DNA from: a virus
Lineage: Duplodnaviria; Caudoviricetes
Reading direction: 5' to 3' (one strand)
DNA length: 28,057 nt
IMG/VR virus record: IMGVR_UViG_3300012667_000118
Location: 1 to 28,057 of that record
Position numbers and translations under genes: made by a program. The notes beneath the pieces are model-generated. The model had not been told where the DNA came from and ran no database searches. It was given only the letters and a program-made list of their open reading frames with translations. Shown piece by piece: positions 1 to 8,664 of this stretch (position 1 is the first letter of the stretch; each line of letters begins with the position of its first letter).

Positions 1-55
1 ACTCGGATACTAAATCTTCTACTTTGAAAGGGGTTCCGGAGTCGGTATAACGAAT
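1..55. repeat. Terminal 55-bp direct repeat, copy 1 (circular assembly overlap)
   Basis: actcggatac...gtataacgaat at 1-55 is identical to 28003-28057; the scaffold ORF reads through the join. Confidence 0.97.
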
Positions 56-502
56 TTTACCTTCCCGATCCACAATCTCTACAGCACCTTCCTGACTGAG
101 CCTTACATTAGGTTTCAACAGTGCTTTCACTTGTTCTGCGTTAACAGCACGAAGTTGGGCAGCAGTTTGGACTAACGGCAGATCCACAGTATATTCTTTT
201 ATAAGTTGGTCACGCTTTGCAATTTCTGCGTCTTTTTTTGCTGCTAAGTCTTTTAGGATTGAATCAAACTCTCCACGCTTCTTCTGGTCTTCTAGTGCCT
301 TGCGTTCTGCGTCTGCTTTCAATGCTCGGAGTTCATCGATATCACCAAGTTCTGCAAATGTCTTCTCGTATTTTTTAGTAATACTAGATTTCATTCGAGC
401 CATATGGTTATCAAATTCTTCCTGCGTATAAGTCTTAGTTGCTGCCTGGATGTTTTCAGAAGTTCCAGTATCTTCATTTTGGCCTATGTCTTGATTGCTC
501 AT
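1..502 (-). CDS. Capsid scaffolding protein, 5' part (219 aa total; join 502..1 with 28002..27845)
   Basis: Hand-translated, absent from the ORF track: MSNQDIGQNEDTGTSENIQAATKTYTQEEFDNHMARMK...; acidic N-terminus, KTYTQEE motif, coiled-coil; GGAGG RBS upstream; immediately precedes MCP on the circle. Confidence 0.85.
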   Translation of the reverse strand, partial: MSNQDIGQNEDTGTSENIQAATKTYTQEEFDNHMARMKSSITKKYEKTFAELGDIDELRALKADAERKALEDQKKRGEFDSILKDLAAKKDAEIAKRDQLIKEYTVDLPLVQTAAQLRAVNAEQVKALLKPNVRLSQEGAVEIVDREGKIRYTDSGTPFKVEDLVSE

Positions 503-564
503 AGTAAGCATACCTCCCTTTCAAAGAGTAAAATTGTTGAGCATATTGGATATGCTCGTATGGT

Positions 565-570
565 TATTTA
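565..570 (-). promoter_or_regulatory. TAAATA T4-late-type promoter core for the scaffold/capsid operon
   Basis: GTTAAATAACC on minus strand, followed by perfect hairpin GAGCATAT-CCA-ATATGCTC (539-557) and RBS. Confidence 0.7.
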
Positions 571-595
571 ACTCAATTGAGTAAATCAGTCTAAA

Positions 596-781
596 TTATC
601 GCCTATTACGGCGTAATTTGCTTGTGGGTGCTGGTGCGGCTTGCTTTTGTGCAATACGCATACCTTTGTTAAAACTGGGACTGGTATTGGATGGTTTAGA
701 GCCCCCGCTATTTGCATAACGATATCCGGCTCTATGACCTCCACAGTCCTTAGTGCATCTGCTGCCAAAGAACTTTGCCAT
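596..781 (-). CDS. Small basic hypothetical protein (61 aa, CxxxCxxH motif)
   Basis: ORF track; tightly coupled to the upstream small ORF; K/R-rich C-terminus. Confidence 0.7.
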   Translation of the reverse strand: MAKFFGSRCTKDCGGHRAGYRYANSGGSKPSNTSPSFNKGMRIAQKQAAPAPTSKLRRNRR

Positions 782-782
782 A

Positions 783-932
783 TTACTTCTTCCTTTTCTT
801 AGCAGCGGCTTGACTGGCTTTGATTGCCTGTGCTTGTGCTACTGCCTGTTTACGAGTAGGATATACTTTCCCAGTTGTGCCATACTGCCAGCCTGCTCCT
901 CCACGGGGGCCTTTTGCTTTGTGTATTGGCAT
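783..932 (-). CDS. Small basic protein (49 aa)
   Basis: Hand-translated MPIHKAKGPRGGAGWQYGTTGKVYPTRKQAVAQAQAIKASQAAAKKRKK; 1-nt gaps to both neighbours. Confidence 0.75.
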   Translation of the reverse strand: MPIHKAKGPRGGAGWQYGTTGKVYPTRKQAVAQAQAIKASQAAAKKRKK

Positions 933-933
933 A

Positions 934-999
934 TTACTTTCTCGGTGGCTTCTTACGATTCTTAGCAGTTCTGCTGCCTCTTAGTGGTAGTGCTCTCAT
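934..999 (-). CDS. Very small basic peptide (21 aa)
   Basis: MRALPLRGSRTAKNRKKPPRK; GGAGG RBS inside the portal 3' end; fills the gap between portal and the 49-aa ORF. Confidence 0.55.
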   Translation of the reverse strand: MRALPLRGSRTAKNRKKPPRK

Positions 1000-1000
1000 T

Positions 1001-2482
1001 TTAGTCCTCCTTATGTTGCCAGCCTTGTGCGGCTAAGTCTAAATGTTCTTGTTCGGTGCGTGCAATAAGTTCTTCGCCAGTATCTGGATTATACATAGTG
1101 TGTGCTTCAAACAATGGTGCTGCTGGTAGTGTGGCTGCTTCTGTTGCCACATATTCTGGCATAATGAGATCGGCATCTTCGCCCAACAGTTCAATGATCT
1201 CGTGATCAATAACTTGTAATACACGTGGATCAGTTGCCGCGGATTTAGCAGTGGCTAATTGTTGGAACTCACGTTGAACATCACGCACGTTGAATGAGCC
1301 TGGGTAATCAATCTCACCTTCCCACTCACGTCCTTGATACATACCGAATATCTTCCATAACTGTTCTTCAGCCAATTCCATATTGTCTGCTTTTGAAGCC
1401 AATCGTGCATTAAGCAAACTGAATTCAACTTCCATTGCTACGCCGGATAGAGTGCGTGTTTCGGTGCCACGCACTCCACCAGTGTTGCTTAAGCGATCAA
1501 TTGCTTCAACCAACTGTTGAATACTGGCGTGGATAGTGGCCACATTGCCCCCACCGTGTTCCAATACATATGGCTTTAGTCCTGGATCCATATTGTCCGG
1601 CATCATAATAACTGCACCGGCACCCGATCCATATTGTGTGTCCGGTGTGACTACTAAACTCGGATGTCCGTCTAAACGAATGCTCTGTTCAATTTCACTG
1701 TTATAGTTGTAGATAAGACGTTGGATATCAGCAATATCATTGATATCGCTAACGCCAATACCCTTTACAATGCTACGCTTGTTGTATGCGATAACAGCGG
1801 GTATCATACCGAGACCGTTTTGTTCGGTTAATATTAAATCCGCTTCTTTATTTTGATCATCCATAACCCAAGTATTGATCAACTCCTTAGTCCACTCACG
1901 AACTGTAGTCGACTTATCTACAACTTCTTCAATGTATTTGAAATAGGTTAGTTCGTAAGCACCATTTGGCATACGAGTCCATTTCCAATCCATTACTGCA
2001 AGTGGGGTTAGTAAGTTCATATATGGTCTTACACCCATTGCTTGTTCTTCACCCAATGTAGTCAATGCTAGATTAGGTTTGGTCATTAACATCCAGCAGT
2101 GTCCAAACACACTTGACCAAATGGATACATCTTTCATAAATGCATCTAATGAACGTCCATCGAAGTCACAATCCATTAGGAATGATTCCACATCCGGCTG
2201 TCCTTGCCACATACCGAACTCACGATCGGGTTCTTCACGGAATAGGTAACTGATATAAACTCCAATAACACTTTGGCAGTGATTATCTAATGGAGTTGTG
2301 CGAAGTCTTTGATAGTATTCGTTATCTGTTTCAAGTTGATAGCGAGTGAGATAACCTTCTTTGCGATAGTCTTCGCCACCCACATAACTGTCCAATAGGA
2401 ATGCCCAACGATCTCTATTGCGTTGATATTCTCTATTGGTTACTGCGATATATTTGTAGTCGTCCGTTAATGTTTGATTCAT
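1001..2482 (-). CDS. Portal protein (SPP1-like)
   Basis: 493 aa directly after terL; LGMIPAV..YN...G.SDI.DIADIQ and SGVA...F..LN motifs typical of SPP1-type portals. Confidence 0.88.
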   Translation of the reverse strand: MNQTLTDDYKYIAVTNREYQRNRDRWAFLLDSYVGGEDYRKEGYLTRYQLETDNEYYQRLRTTPLDNHCQSVIGVYISYLFREEPDREFGMWQGQPDVESFLMDCDFDGRSLDAFMKDVSIWSSVFGHCWMLMTKPNLALTTLGEEQAMGVRPYMNLLTPLAVMDWKWTRMPNGAYELTYFKYIEEVVDKSTTVREWTKELINTWVMDDQNKEADLILTEQNGLGMIPAVIAYNKRSIVKGIGVSDINDIADIQRLIYNYNSEIEQSIRLDGHPSLVVTPDTQYGSGAGAVIMMPDNMDPGLKPYVLEHGGGNVATIHASIQQLVEAIDRLSNTGGVRGTETRTLSGVAMEVEFSLLNARLASKADNMELAEEQLWKIFGMYQGREWEGEIDYPGSFNVRDVQREFQQLATAKSAATDPRVLQVIDHEIIELLGEDADLIMPEYVATEAATLPAAPLFEAHTMYNPDTGEELIARTEQEHLDLAAQGWQHKED

Positions 2483-2491
2483 AGTTTGTCC

Positions 2492-3727
2492 TTAAGTGGT
2501 AGCCAATTGATGGCCCCATCGTTGTGGTATATATGGTGCCGTTTCTTTACGCACCGGATATAGATAATCAACCATATAACGCAATGCATCGTTCATATGA
2601 TCAAATCCGCTTTCTTTGTCCGGGATGCTAGTCCCTTCTTTGTATGTTTGTTTCTCCAAACATTCTATTACATATTTACAGTTTGGTGCTATATGTAATG
2701 TGGTTATACCCGTAGAACTACGCAGTTTGGCATTGACAGCATTGATACCATCTCTAACTGCATTGTGTGCGTGGGGTGCTTTTACAGTAAATCCAGCGTT
2801 ACGGAGTATAGTGTGATCAGTTTTGCCCCCACTCTTACTGCTTCGTGCAGCACCTGCTGGATCGGGATAGACTACAATACGCTGAGTAGGATATCTTGCT
2901 TTGATCTCATCTACCATTTCATCAGTGTTGCTGCCGAAGATCTTTATCTCATCAATAAGGTGTAAGTGTTCGCCATTCTTTACTGCAACTACTGCTGACA
3001 TTGGGTTAATGTTAAAGTCCATTCCAATGTGTATTTCGTGCGGGACACCGAAGTCATACTGTTTAACATTATAGAAGCGTTCAAATGCGTAGAATATTCT
3101 GCCACTGAATGTTTCAAATGTAGCACGAAACTCTTGATTAAATGTGCGTTCATCCAATGATCTACGTGCTGCTTCGATTTCTTCTATGCTGACATTGCCA
3201 CCTTGCTCTGTAGTATATTGGAATGCTGCCCATTCTTCTGGGTATTCAGCAGCCATATCATATAGGTCTTTAGCCCAGTTCATACCCTTGGGTGTGCCAA
3301 TAAACAGTGCCTTGCCCATAGTATCAGCAAGTGTTGGACGCAGTGTTTCAAACCAGGCTTCTGGATCAATGTCCGCAAACTCATCCATTACTAGGAAGTC
3401 AAGTCCAACACCACGAAGACTGTCATAGTTATCAGCACCTTTGAGTGAGATTGTTGATCCGTTCTTTAGTTCAAATGATAGGCTTGTTTCGTTTATCTTT
3501 GACACCCAGCGTAATGATTGCAACTTCTTACGCAGTTTCTTAAACACAATCATCTTGGCTTGCTTATACGTGGGGGCCACATACCAAACTTCCTTTTCGG
3601 GTATGCTGGCTGCTTTACACAACTCCCTAACGGATAAGTGTGTTTTGCCAAAGCGACGCCCAGCAATAACTACACGGAATCGTTGCTGGGCTTGTGTTAT
3701 GGCTAACTGTGGGCTACTTAAAGGCAT
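2492..3727 (-). CDS. terL: Terminase large subunit
   Basis: Walker A AGRRFGKT, Walker B FLVMDE, GTPKG coupling motif, nuclease GMDFN and DHMNDALRY; likely start is ATG 3727 overlapping the upstream stop (TAATG). Confidence 0.95.
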   Translation of the reverse strand: MPLSSPQLAITQAQQRFRVVIAGRRFGKTHLSVRELCKAASIPEKEVWYVAPTYKQAKMIVFKKLRKKLQSLRWVSKINETSLSFELKNGSTISLKGADNYDSLRGVGLDFLVMDEFADIDPEAWFETLRPTLADTMGKALFIGTPKGMNWAKDLYDMAAEYPEEWAAFQYTTEQGGNVSIEEIEAARRSLDERTFNQEFRATFETFSGRIFYAFERFYNVKQYDFGVPHEIHIGMDFNINPMSAVVAVKNGEHLHLIDEIKIFGSNTDEMVDEIKARYPTQRIVVYPDPAGAARSSKSGGKTDHTILRNAGFTVKAPHAHNAVRDGINAVNAKLRSSTGITTLHIAPNCKYVIECLEKQTYKEGTSIPDKESGFDHMNDALRYMVDYLYPVRKETAPYIPQRWGHQLATT

Positions 3728-4554
3728 TAGATCCAAAGATTCCTATGTTGTTCTCTCAAAGTTTTAATATCACTTCCTAACTTTGATTTTATGTATTCCA
3801 TATTTTTTTTATATTTGTTATTTCTATCCAACTGTGCATTCCATTCTAATAGCCCATTAGGGTTAGCATTGGGTCCGGGGTTTTTATATTCTTTATGATG
3901 GGGATTAATTTCAAATATTGTGCTTTTGCTATGCACCATTTCTTTTAGACTTACTTGATCACATTGTGCAAACTTATACCCCTGCTGTATTAAACTACAA
4001 GCAAACTCTATATCTTCCAAAGCATCCATAGTTTCATCAAATCGCCATTCTCCAACTTGAAGAAACATCATTGTTCCTTTTTGTTCTAATTTAGGCCTAA
4101 ATGTCCAAGCGGGTTTAGTGTTCTTGGGATAGGGTGCCTGTTGAGCGTTAAATGGAATAAAAGACACAATACCCTGTTCTTGTGCTTGGCAGCATACTTG
4201 TTCTAATTCTACTACGAATCTCTGACTTTCTAGTTTGTCAAAATACAATGTAGCATCGTTATCCCAAATGCCAATCCATTCTTCTTTAGGATAAAAGTTT
4301 AATACTTGATTGCGGGCTTGTGCGGCATTGCTACGAGGGATTTTAACAACATCATCATATTCACTATAATCGTCAAATAACGAATTACGGTTATCGTGTT
4401 GAGTAAAGCAACGAAACTTATGACCTGCTTTTTTCCAATGATAAAAGTCTTCTTGTTGTCTAAGAAAATATTTGGTTCTATAATTGAATAGCGTATCTCC
4501 ACGACTATTAACCGTTGTATTATCACCGCGATAATCAATAATGTTAATCCACAT
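3727..4554 (-). CDS. Putative GT-A fold glycosyltransferase (GREB1/TAGT-like)
   Basis: ARNQVL..Y...WIGIWDND (DxD-like) and EDIEF motifs; visibly AT-richer than flanks. Confidence 0.55.
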   Translation of the reverse strand: MWINIIDYRGDNTTVNSRGDTLFNYRTKYFLRQQEDFYHWKKAGHKFRCFTQHDNRNSLFDDYSEYDDVVKIPRSNAAQARNQVLNFYPKEEWIGIWDNDATLYFDKLESQRFVVELEQVCCQAQEQGIVSFIPFNAQQAPYPKNTKPAWTFRPKLEQKGTMMFLQVGEWRFDETMDALEDIEFACSLIQQGYKFAQCDQVSLKEMVHSKSTIFEINPHHKEYKNPGPNANPNGLLEWNAQLDRNNKYKKNMEYIKSKLGSDIKTLREQHRNLWI

Positions 4555-5663
4555 TATTCAAACAATGTTTCAAATACTGTATTATCAACAGTGGGCTCAT
4601 CGATGACATCAACAGTTTCTTCAGTGTTCCACGCAATGATACGCTGCTCACTGATCTTGATATATTTGGCGTCTAAGTCGATACCAACATATTCGTGCCC
4701 TAATTTGGTTGCTGCCATACCGGTTGATCCACTACCGTTAAATGGGTCTAATACCTTACCATTAGGCGGGGTGATCAATGTAATCAAATACTTCATTAGT
4801 TCAACTGGTTTGACTGTGGGGTGATTGTTGCCAATAAGTTCTTTTTTATCGGTCTTAAACCCAACGTGTCTTTCTTTACGGCTGACTTTGGGGCAGTAGA
4901 AATACTTTTGATAGTCTGCGATTTCACCTAAGACATTGCTGGGATAACGGCCTGCTTCGTTTGGATTAAACTTTGTAGGTAAGTTCGACTGTTTATTGCC
5001 TTCACCAGCATTGCCAAAACTATAATTAGAATATTCAACTTGTGTGTCGGGATTAATATCACCGACTTCTAAAGGAATACGACTGGCATCAATGTTCAAT
5101 GCACCGGTACCCCACTGCTGCACATTCTTAACAATGCTGCCTTTAATTGGCTTGCGTGCTAATGCAATGGGTTCGTGTGCTGGCTTTAGGGCTGACTTCC
5201 AACCTTCCCATTGTTGTGCTAAGGGGTCGGTGACTATTACTTCTCTTGATTCACTGTCACTGCCAAACTCTCCATCGCCCCCAACACGAGGAACACCGAA
5301 CTTATATTTCTTACTTTCCTTAACACCTAACTGTTTTTGTATTTGTTTCCCAATATCTTGTGCCTTGGGGAATCCACTTGAATAGATCCACATTATCTGA
5401 TCACGGATTTCAAAGCCCGCCTTCTCAAGTGTAATAGCCAAGTGATGATATGTTCGTGCTGCTGAAAATGCAAGTATGTGACCACCTGGCTTTAATACTC
5501 TTAGACACTCTTGATAAGTCTCAAGTGCTCCAGTATTAGCATCCCAATCTTTACCTAAAAAGTCAATGCCATAAGGCGGGTCCGTGACTATACTGTCAAA
5601 GTGGTTATCGGGGTATGTTTTCAGCACATCTATATTGTTGCCGGTGTGTAATTGATATTTCAT
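4554..5663 (-). CDS. DNA methyltransferase, N4-C/N6-A beta class
   Basis: Catalytic DPPY near the N-terminus; HPTVKP and SAM-binding LDPFNGSGSTG near the C-terminus. Confidence 0.93.
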   Translation of the reverse strand: MKYQLHTGNNIDVLKTYPDNHFDSIVTDPPYGIDFLGKDWDANTGALETYQECLRVLKPGGHILAFSAARTYHHLAITLEKAGFEIRDQIMWIYSSGFPKAQDIGKQIQKQLGVKESKKYKFGVPRVGGDGEFGSDSESREVIVTDPLAQQWEGWKSALKPAHEPIALARKPIKGSIVKNVQQWGTGALNIDASRIPLEVGDINPDTQVEYSNYSFGNAGEGNKQSNLPTKFNPNEAGRYPSNVLGEIADYQKYFYCPKVSRKERHVGFKTDKKELIGNNHPTVKPVELMKYLITLITPPNGKVLDPFNGSGSTGMAATKLGHEYVGIDLDAKYIKISEQRIIAWNTEETVDVIDEPTVDNTVFETLFE

Positions 5664-5696
5664 TTTGTTTCCTTTGTAGCAAATATCTTTGGGAGT

Positions 5697-6095
5697 TTAT
5701 TCATCGTCACTCCACGGTAACGGTGTATTGGCTTCACTATCAGTCGGGTTGTCACTCATACCCAATATATTTTTGGCTAAAAATATCTGTATAGTAGCAT
5801 TGTTATTGTTAATGGCATTATGAATCATAGCACGCCTTAGGCTTTGCTTTAAGTTCATTTTGCCTTTTGTGAGTTCTTGCTTAAAGTTGTAACCTAAAGT
5901 AGAATCATCAATACCTAAATATTCGGATATTTCACTATTCTTAAAGCCCATTGAGGCTAACTTTTCAACTTCTTTTGGGTCAATAACTTTCTTATCACGA
6001 CCCACTTCTATGCCCTTGTAAACGGCTTCTACAAGTTGCTTAGGTTTATTGCCAGTCTTTTTTCGAGGCGTGGGATTATCGGTATGTTCTTCCAT
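5697..6095 (-). CDS. terS: Terminase small subunit (HTH), probably leaderless
   Basis: HTH VEKLASMGFKNSEISEYLGIDDSTL and IFLAKNILG motif; upstream of terL; likely start ATG 6095, 4 nt after TAAATA. Confidence 0.75.
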   Translation of the reverse strand: MEEHTDNPTPRKKTGNKPKQLVEAVYKGIEVGRDKKVIDPKEVEKLASMGFKNSEISEYLGIDDSTLGYNFKQELTKGKMNLKQSLRRAMIHNAINNNNATIQIFLAKNILGMSDNPTDSEANTPLPWSDDE

Positions 6096-6099
6096 ACCG

Positions 6100-6105
6100 T
6101 ATTTA
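6100..6105 (-). promoter_or_regulatory. TAAATA promoter core for the packaging operon
   Basis: GTTAAATACGGTATG, directly after tandem terminators. Confidence 0.72.
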
Positions 6106-6110
6106 ACGGC

Positions 6111-6140
6111 CAAAAGAAAAGCCCCGTATTAAAGAGGCTT
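6111..6140 (-). terminator. Intrinsic terminator
   Basis: AAGCCTC-TTTAATAC-GGGGCTT then TTCTTTTG. Confidence 0.75.
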
Positions 6141-6149
6141 ATTATGACT

Positions 6150-6188
6150 CAAAAGAAAAGCCCGACTGTGCAGAGTGTGGGCTTTTCT
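6150..6188 (-). terminator. Intrinsic terminator
   Basis: AGAAAAGCCC...GGGCTTTTCTTTTG. Confidence 0.75.
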
Positions 6189-6210
6189 AAACTCAGTGGG
6201 ACGTCCAAAT

Positions 6211-6348
6211 CTAACTGAGTTTTAACACTAAAAATGTGTATATGGGACTACCTTCACGAACGAACACTACATCAAAGTGTGCATCATAACTCCAATCACT
6301 TTCATTAAACTGATCTAACTTGATGTTATTATCAATCACTTCGCTCAT
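6211..6348 (-). CDS. Small hypothetical protein (45 aa)
   Basis: Hand-translated MSEVIDNNIKLDQFNESDWSYDAHFDVVFVREGSPIYTFLVLKLS; overlaps the upstream stop and ends before the terminators. Confidence 0.6.
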   Translation of the reverse strand: MSEVIDNNIKLDQFNESDWSYDAHFDVVFVREGSPIYTFLVLKLS

Positions 6349-6595
6349 TGAGTATCCGGTCATTTAATTGTTCCAATAATTGTTTTGCTGATTCAAGTTG
6401 TTCAATTGTTTGCAGTCTTTCTCGTTCTCTATCAATATCTTGTCTAATACGTGCAATTGCTGCTGTAATTTCTGCTCCATCATAGTTTGTATATACTTCG
6501 ATCATTGCTTGATACACTGCTTCAAGTCGAGCCCTTGAATGATCTTTAGTTAGAACGGGGCTTGCTGCAAGTTGTCGATCAAATAGTTTTTTCAT
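6332..6595 (-). CDS. Hypothetical coiled-coil protein (87 aa)
   Basis: ORF track; coupled to neighbours. Confidence 0.7.
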   Translation of the reverse strand: MKKLFDRQLAASPVLTKDHSRARLEAVYQAMIEVYTNYDGAEITAAIARIRQDIDRERERLQTIEQLESAKQLLEQLNDRILNERSD

Positions 6596-6743
6596 TAAAA
6601 ATTAAATTAGGATTAGTTTTGCGTCCAACTATTGCAAGTCTTTGTAAGCGTTCTGTGGCTGTGCTACCTTTCAGTATCCATTGCTTCAAAACAATCATAT
6701 CCTTTGTTTTTGGTAAGTCTGCTCGTAGTTGTTGTAATGTCAT
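6579..6743 (-). CDS. Small hypothetical protein (54 aa)
   Basis: Hand-translated MTLQQLRADLPKTKDMIVLKQWILKGSTATERLQRLAIVGRKTNPNLIFNEKTI; AGGAG RBS. Confidence 0.7.
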   Translation of the reverse strand: MTLQQLRADLPKTKDMIVLKQWILKGSTATERLQRLAIVGRKTNPNLIFNEKTI

Positions 6744-6788
6744 TAATATCTCCTAATATGTTAGTTTAACACGTTATGAGCGAATGCA

Positions 6789-6815
6789 CAAAAGAAAAGG
6801 GCGAATTAACACCCT
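6789..6815 (-). terminator. Intrinsic terminator
   Basis: AGGGTG-TTAATT-CGCCCT then TTTCTTTTG. Confidence 0.7.
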
Positions 6816-6830
6816 CGTCCCATCCCACGA

Positions 6831-7016
6831 TTATTCTAAAGTGATTTCTCTAATTGCAGTATTGCCAAACACGCCCAATGTGCGGAGTATATCGAACATT
6901 TGCTTAGCCTGATCTGGGTCACTGAATGTAATCTCTGCTGTCTTGCGACCCAGCATTAACATTTTAATAGTATTCTTTTCAGTTGAGGGTGTTGTTGTTT
7001 TTGTCGATGTTTTCAT
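6831..7016 (-). CDS. Hypothetical protein (61 aa)
   Basis: ORF track; GAGGT RBS upstream. Confidence 0.65.
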   Translation of the reverse strand: MKTSTKTTTPSTEKNTIKMLMLGRKTAEITFSDPDQAKQMFDILRTLGVFGNTAIREITLE

Positions 7017-7248
7017 ATTGTCTTGCTACCTCTAGTAATCTTAATCTGTCGTGTAATTGATTGATGACGGTTTCTTGTTTATTGACCATTTCAACCAATT
7101 GATTGAATTCAGTTGTTAATTGAACTATAAACTGTGTTCGCTTGTCCAAGTGTTCAGTTATTTGCAGTATATTGCGATGTGCTGACATTATCAGCGTTTC
7201 GTGTTGTTGTAATAGATCGTATGGATCGAATTCTTCTCCATCAAACAT
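6979..7248 (-). CDS. Hypothetical coiled-coil protein
   Basis: Heptad-rich; likely start ATG 7248 (MFDGEEFDPY) overlapping the upstream stop. Confidence 0.7.
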   Translation of the reverse strand: MFDGEEFDPYDLLQQHETLIMSAHRNILQITEHLDKRTQFIVQLTTEFNQLVEMVNKQETVINQLHDRLRLLEVARQYENIDKNNNTLN

Positions 7249-7633
7249 ATTCAAATCCGATCATAAACTTTAGAGTGTGACAGTCATCAAATACATTACC
7301 CAATATGTGTGAGATATTTTGCAATCCGTCCATTTGCTTGTCTGTGAGATCTCTTTGTTCCCCGAACATTGTATTGGCCAATACACCTGCTACAAATGAT
7401 GCCGGGGTGTTTTGTCCGCTGCGTCCTTTGGGTAGTGTTTCAGTGCGTTTGTTCCACCATTGATTGAATACCCATTTACTATCTGGATTACGGTCAATGG
7501 ATATCTCACCCATCTTCACTGTCCAACGCACTAACTCTGTTTGTAGGAATGTCATATCTTCTTCACTAATTGTTCTATAGTTAGTGTTGGCAGCAGTATG
7601 CTTGGGGATAAACTTAATTGTCTTGTTTGGCAT
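7241..7633 (-). CDS. Hypothetical protein (~130 aa)
   Basis: Likely start ATG 7633 (MPNKTIKF) with AAGGA RBS. Confidence 0.7.
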   Translation of the reverse strand: MPNKTIKFIPKHTAANTNYRTISEEDMTFLQTELVRWTVKMGEISIDRNPDSKWVFNQWWNKRTETLPKGRSGQNTPASFVAGVLANTMFGEQRDLTDKQMDGLQNISHILGNVFDDCHTLKFMIGFEYV

Positions 7634-8018
7634 TTTTAGGAGTTCCTTTACGATTTGGTTTATTATAGATTGCTCCTCTGCGAAGGAATCCACTTCTTTC
7701 TAATTGTTCACCACGGGTGATTATTTCTACATTGGTCATTGACCACGGACCTTTGATATCGATACGAGTTAATACTAAATCAGCACGATCACGGCCACGG
7801 CCCAACCACTTTTCTTCAGTGTCCCATAATGTGCAAAAGTCTTCAAATGTCAATTCAAATGCTTCGCCACGATACTTGCACTGTGCTTTTTGGCGTAAGT
7901 ATGGCACGTGACGAATGCGATCAAACATATCTTCATACTTCCACTGTGATGGGCGAGGTGCATTACGCCCTTGTCCCAATCCGTGCTTGCCTGCGTTGCG
8001 GGGTTTCATTTCGCTCAT
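7614..8018 (-). CDS. HNH/His-Me-finger endonuclease-like protein
   Basis: KAQCKYRG..FELTFEDF..LW and L.RID.KGPWS..NV.IIT pattern. Confidence 0.6.
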   Translation of the reverse strand: MSEMKPRNAGKHGLGQGRNAPRPSQWKYEDMFDRIRHVPYLRQKAQCKYRGEAFELTFEDFCTLWDTEEKWLGRGRDRADLVLTRIDIKGPWSMTNVEIITRGEQLERSGFLRRGAIYNKPNRKGTPKNAKQDN

Positions 8019-8443
8019 ATTTTAAATCCTAATGCTTGTTCTAATGGGTATCCTAAATCGTAAATGCGACTCCATATAGTGCGTGATTTGATACCTGTAA
8101 TGCGTGCCCATTGGGCTAATGTGTGTTGTTCGTCATTGAATACAATGATCAAGTTTGTCTGTCGATTGTTGTGATTTTCTTGCACAGTCGACCAACACAT
8201 ATTACCGGGCCAATAGCCACGGTCATTGTCAATGCGATCGAGATGTGCTTCAGGGAATGGAAGTGGTCCTATCTCTCGTTCTATTTCATCTGCAAATGTC
8301 CAAAAATCATTCCAACGAGGATCAATGTCTATTCCTCGTGCTCCATAATATTTGTATTGACGATTGTTTGGATTATAAATTTGATTTCTAAAACAAGTCC
8401 ATCTCTTCCATATTGGATGTGCTGTTGCTTTTCTTGCTGTCAT
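8015..8443 (-). CDS. HNH endonuclease-like protein with C-terminal HTH
   Basis: YGARGI, W..F..F, HLDRIDNDRGY.PGN.CW.T..EN.NN, then TLAQWARITGI..RTI..R; AGGAG RBS. Confidence 0.8.
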   Translation of the reverse strand: MTARKATAHPIWKRWTCFRNQIYNPNNRQYKYYGARGIDIDPRWNDFWTFADEIEREIGPLPFPEAHLDRIDNDRGYWPGNMCWSTVQENHNNRQTNLIIVFNDEQHTLAQWARITGIKSRTIWSRIYDLGYPLEQALGFKI

Positions 8444-8465
8444 CTAAGTTCTCCTTCTACAATAT

Positions 8466-8471
8466 TATTTA
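8466..8471 (-). promoter_or_regulatory. TAAATA promoter core for the HNH operon
   Basis: GCATAAATAATATTGTAGAAGGAGAACTTAGATG. Confidence 0.7.
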
Positions 8472-8502
8472 TGCAATGTAGTAAAGAAGTGCTGATAATA
8501 GG

Positions 8503-8664
8503 CTAATTTTGAATGGCTAATTGAAATAGATAACGAATGTTCCAAGCGTGTATCTGATCAATCCAATCAGGATGTTTAAGCAGCGTCAGTGTATCTTCGG
8601 GAGTAAGTGAGTTAGTTCTAGTTCGATAACATAACTCAACAAATAGATCATATTCGGGTATCAT
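8503..8664 (-). CDS. Small hypothetical protein (53 aa)
   Basis: Hand-translated MIPEYDLFVELCYRTRTNSLTPEDTLTLLKHPDWIDQIHAWNIRYLFQLAIQN; ATGA overlap with the upstream gene. Confidence 0.6.
   Translation of the reverse strand: MIPEYDLFVELCYRTRTNSLTPEDTLTLLKHPDWIDQIHAWNIRYLFQLAIQN

Noticed and set aside
1-55. 55-bp terminal repeat as a biological DTR or att site
   Set aside because: It falls mid-gene and its length matches a common assembler k-mer; best explained as circular overlap
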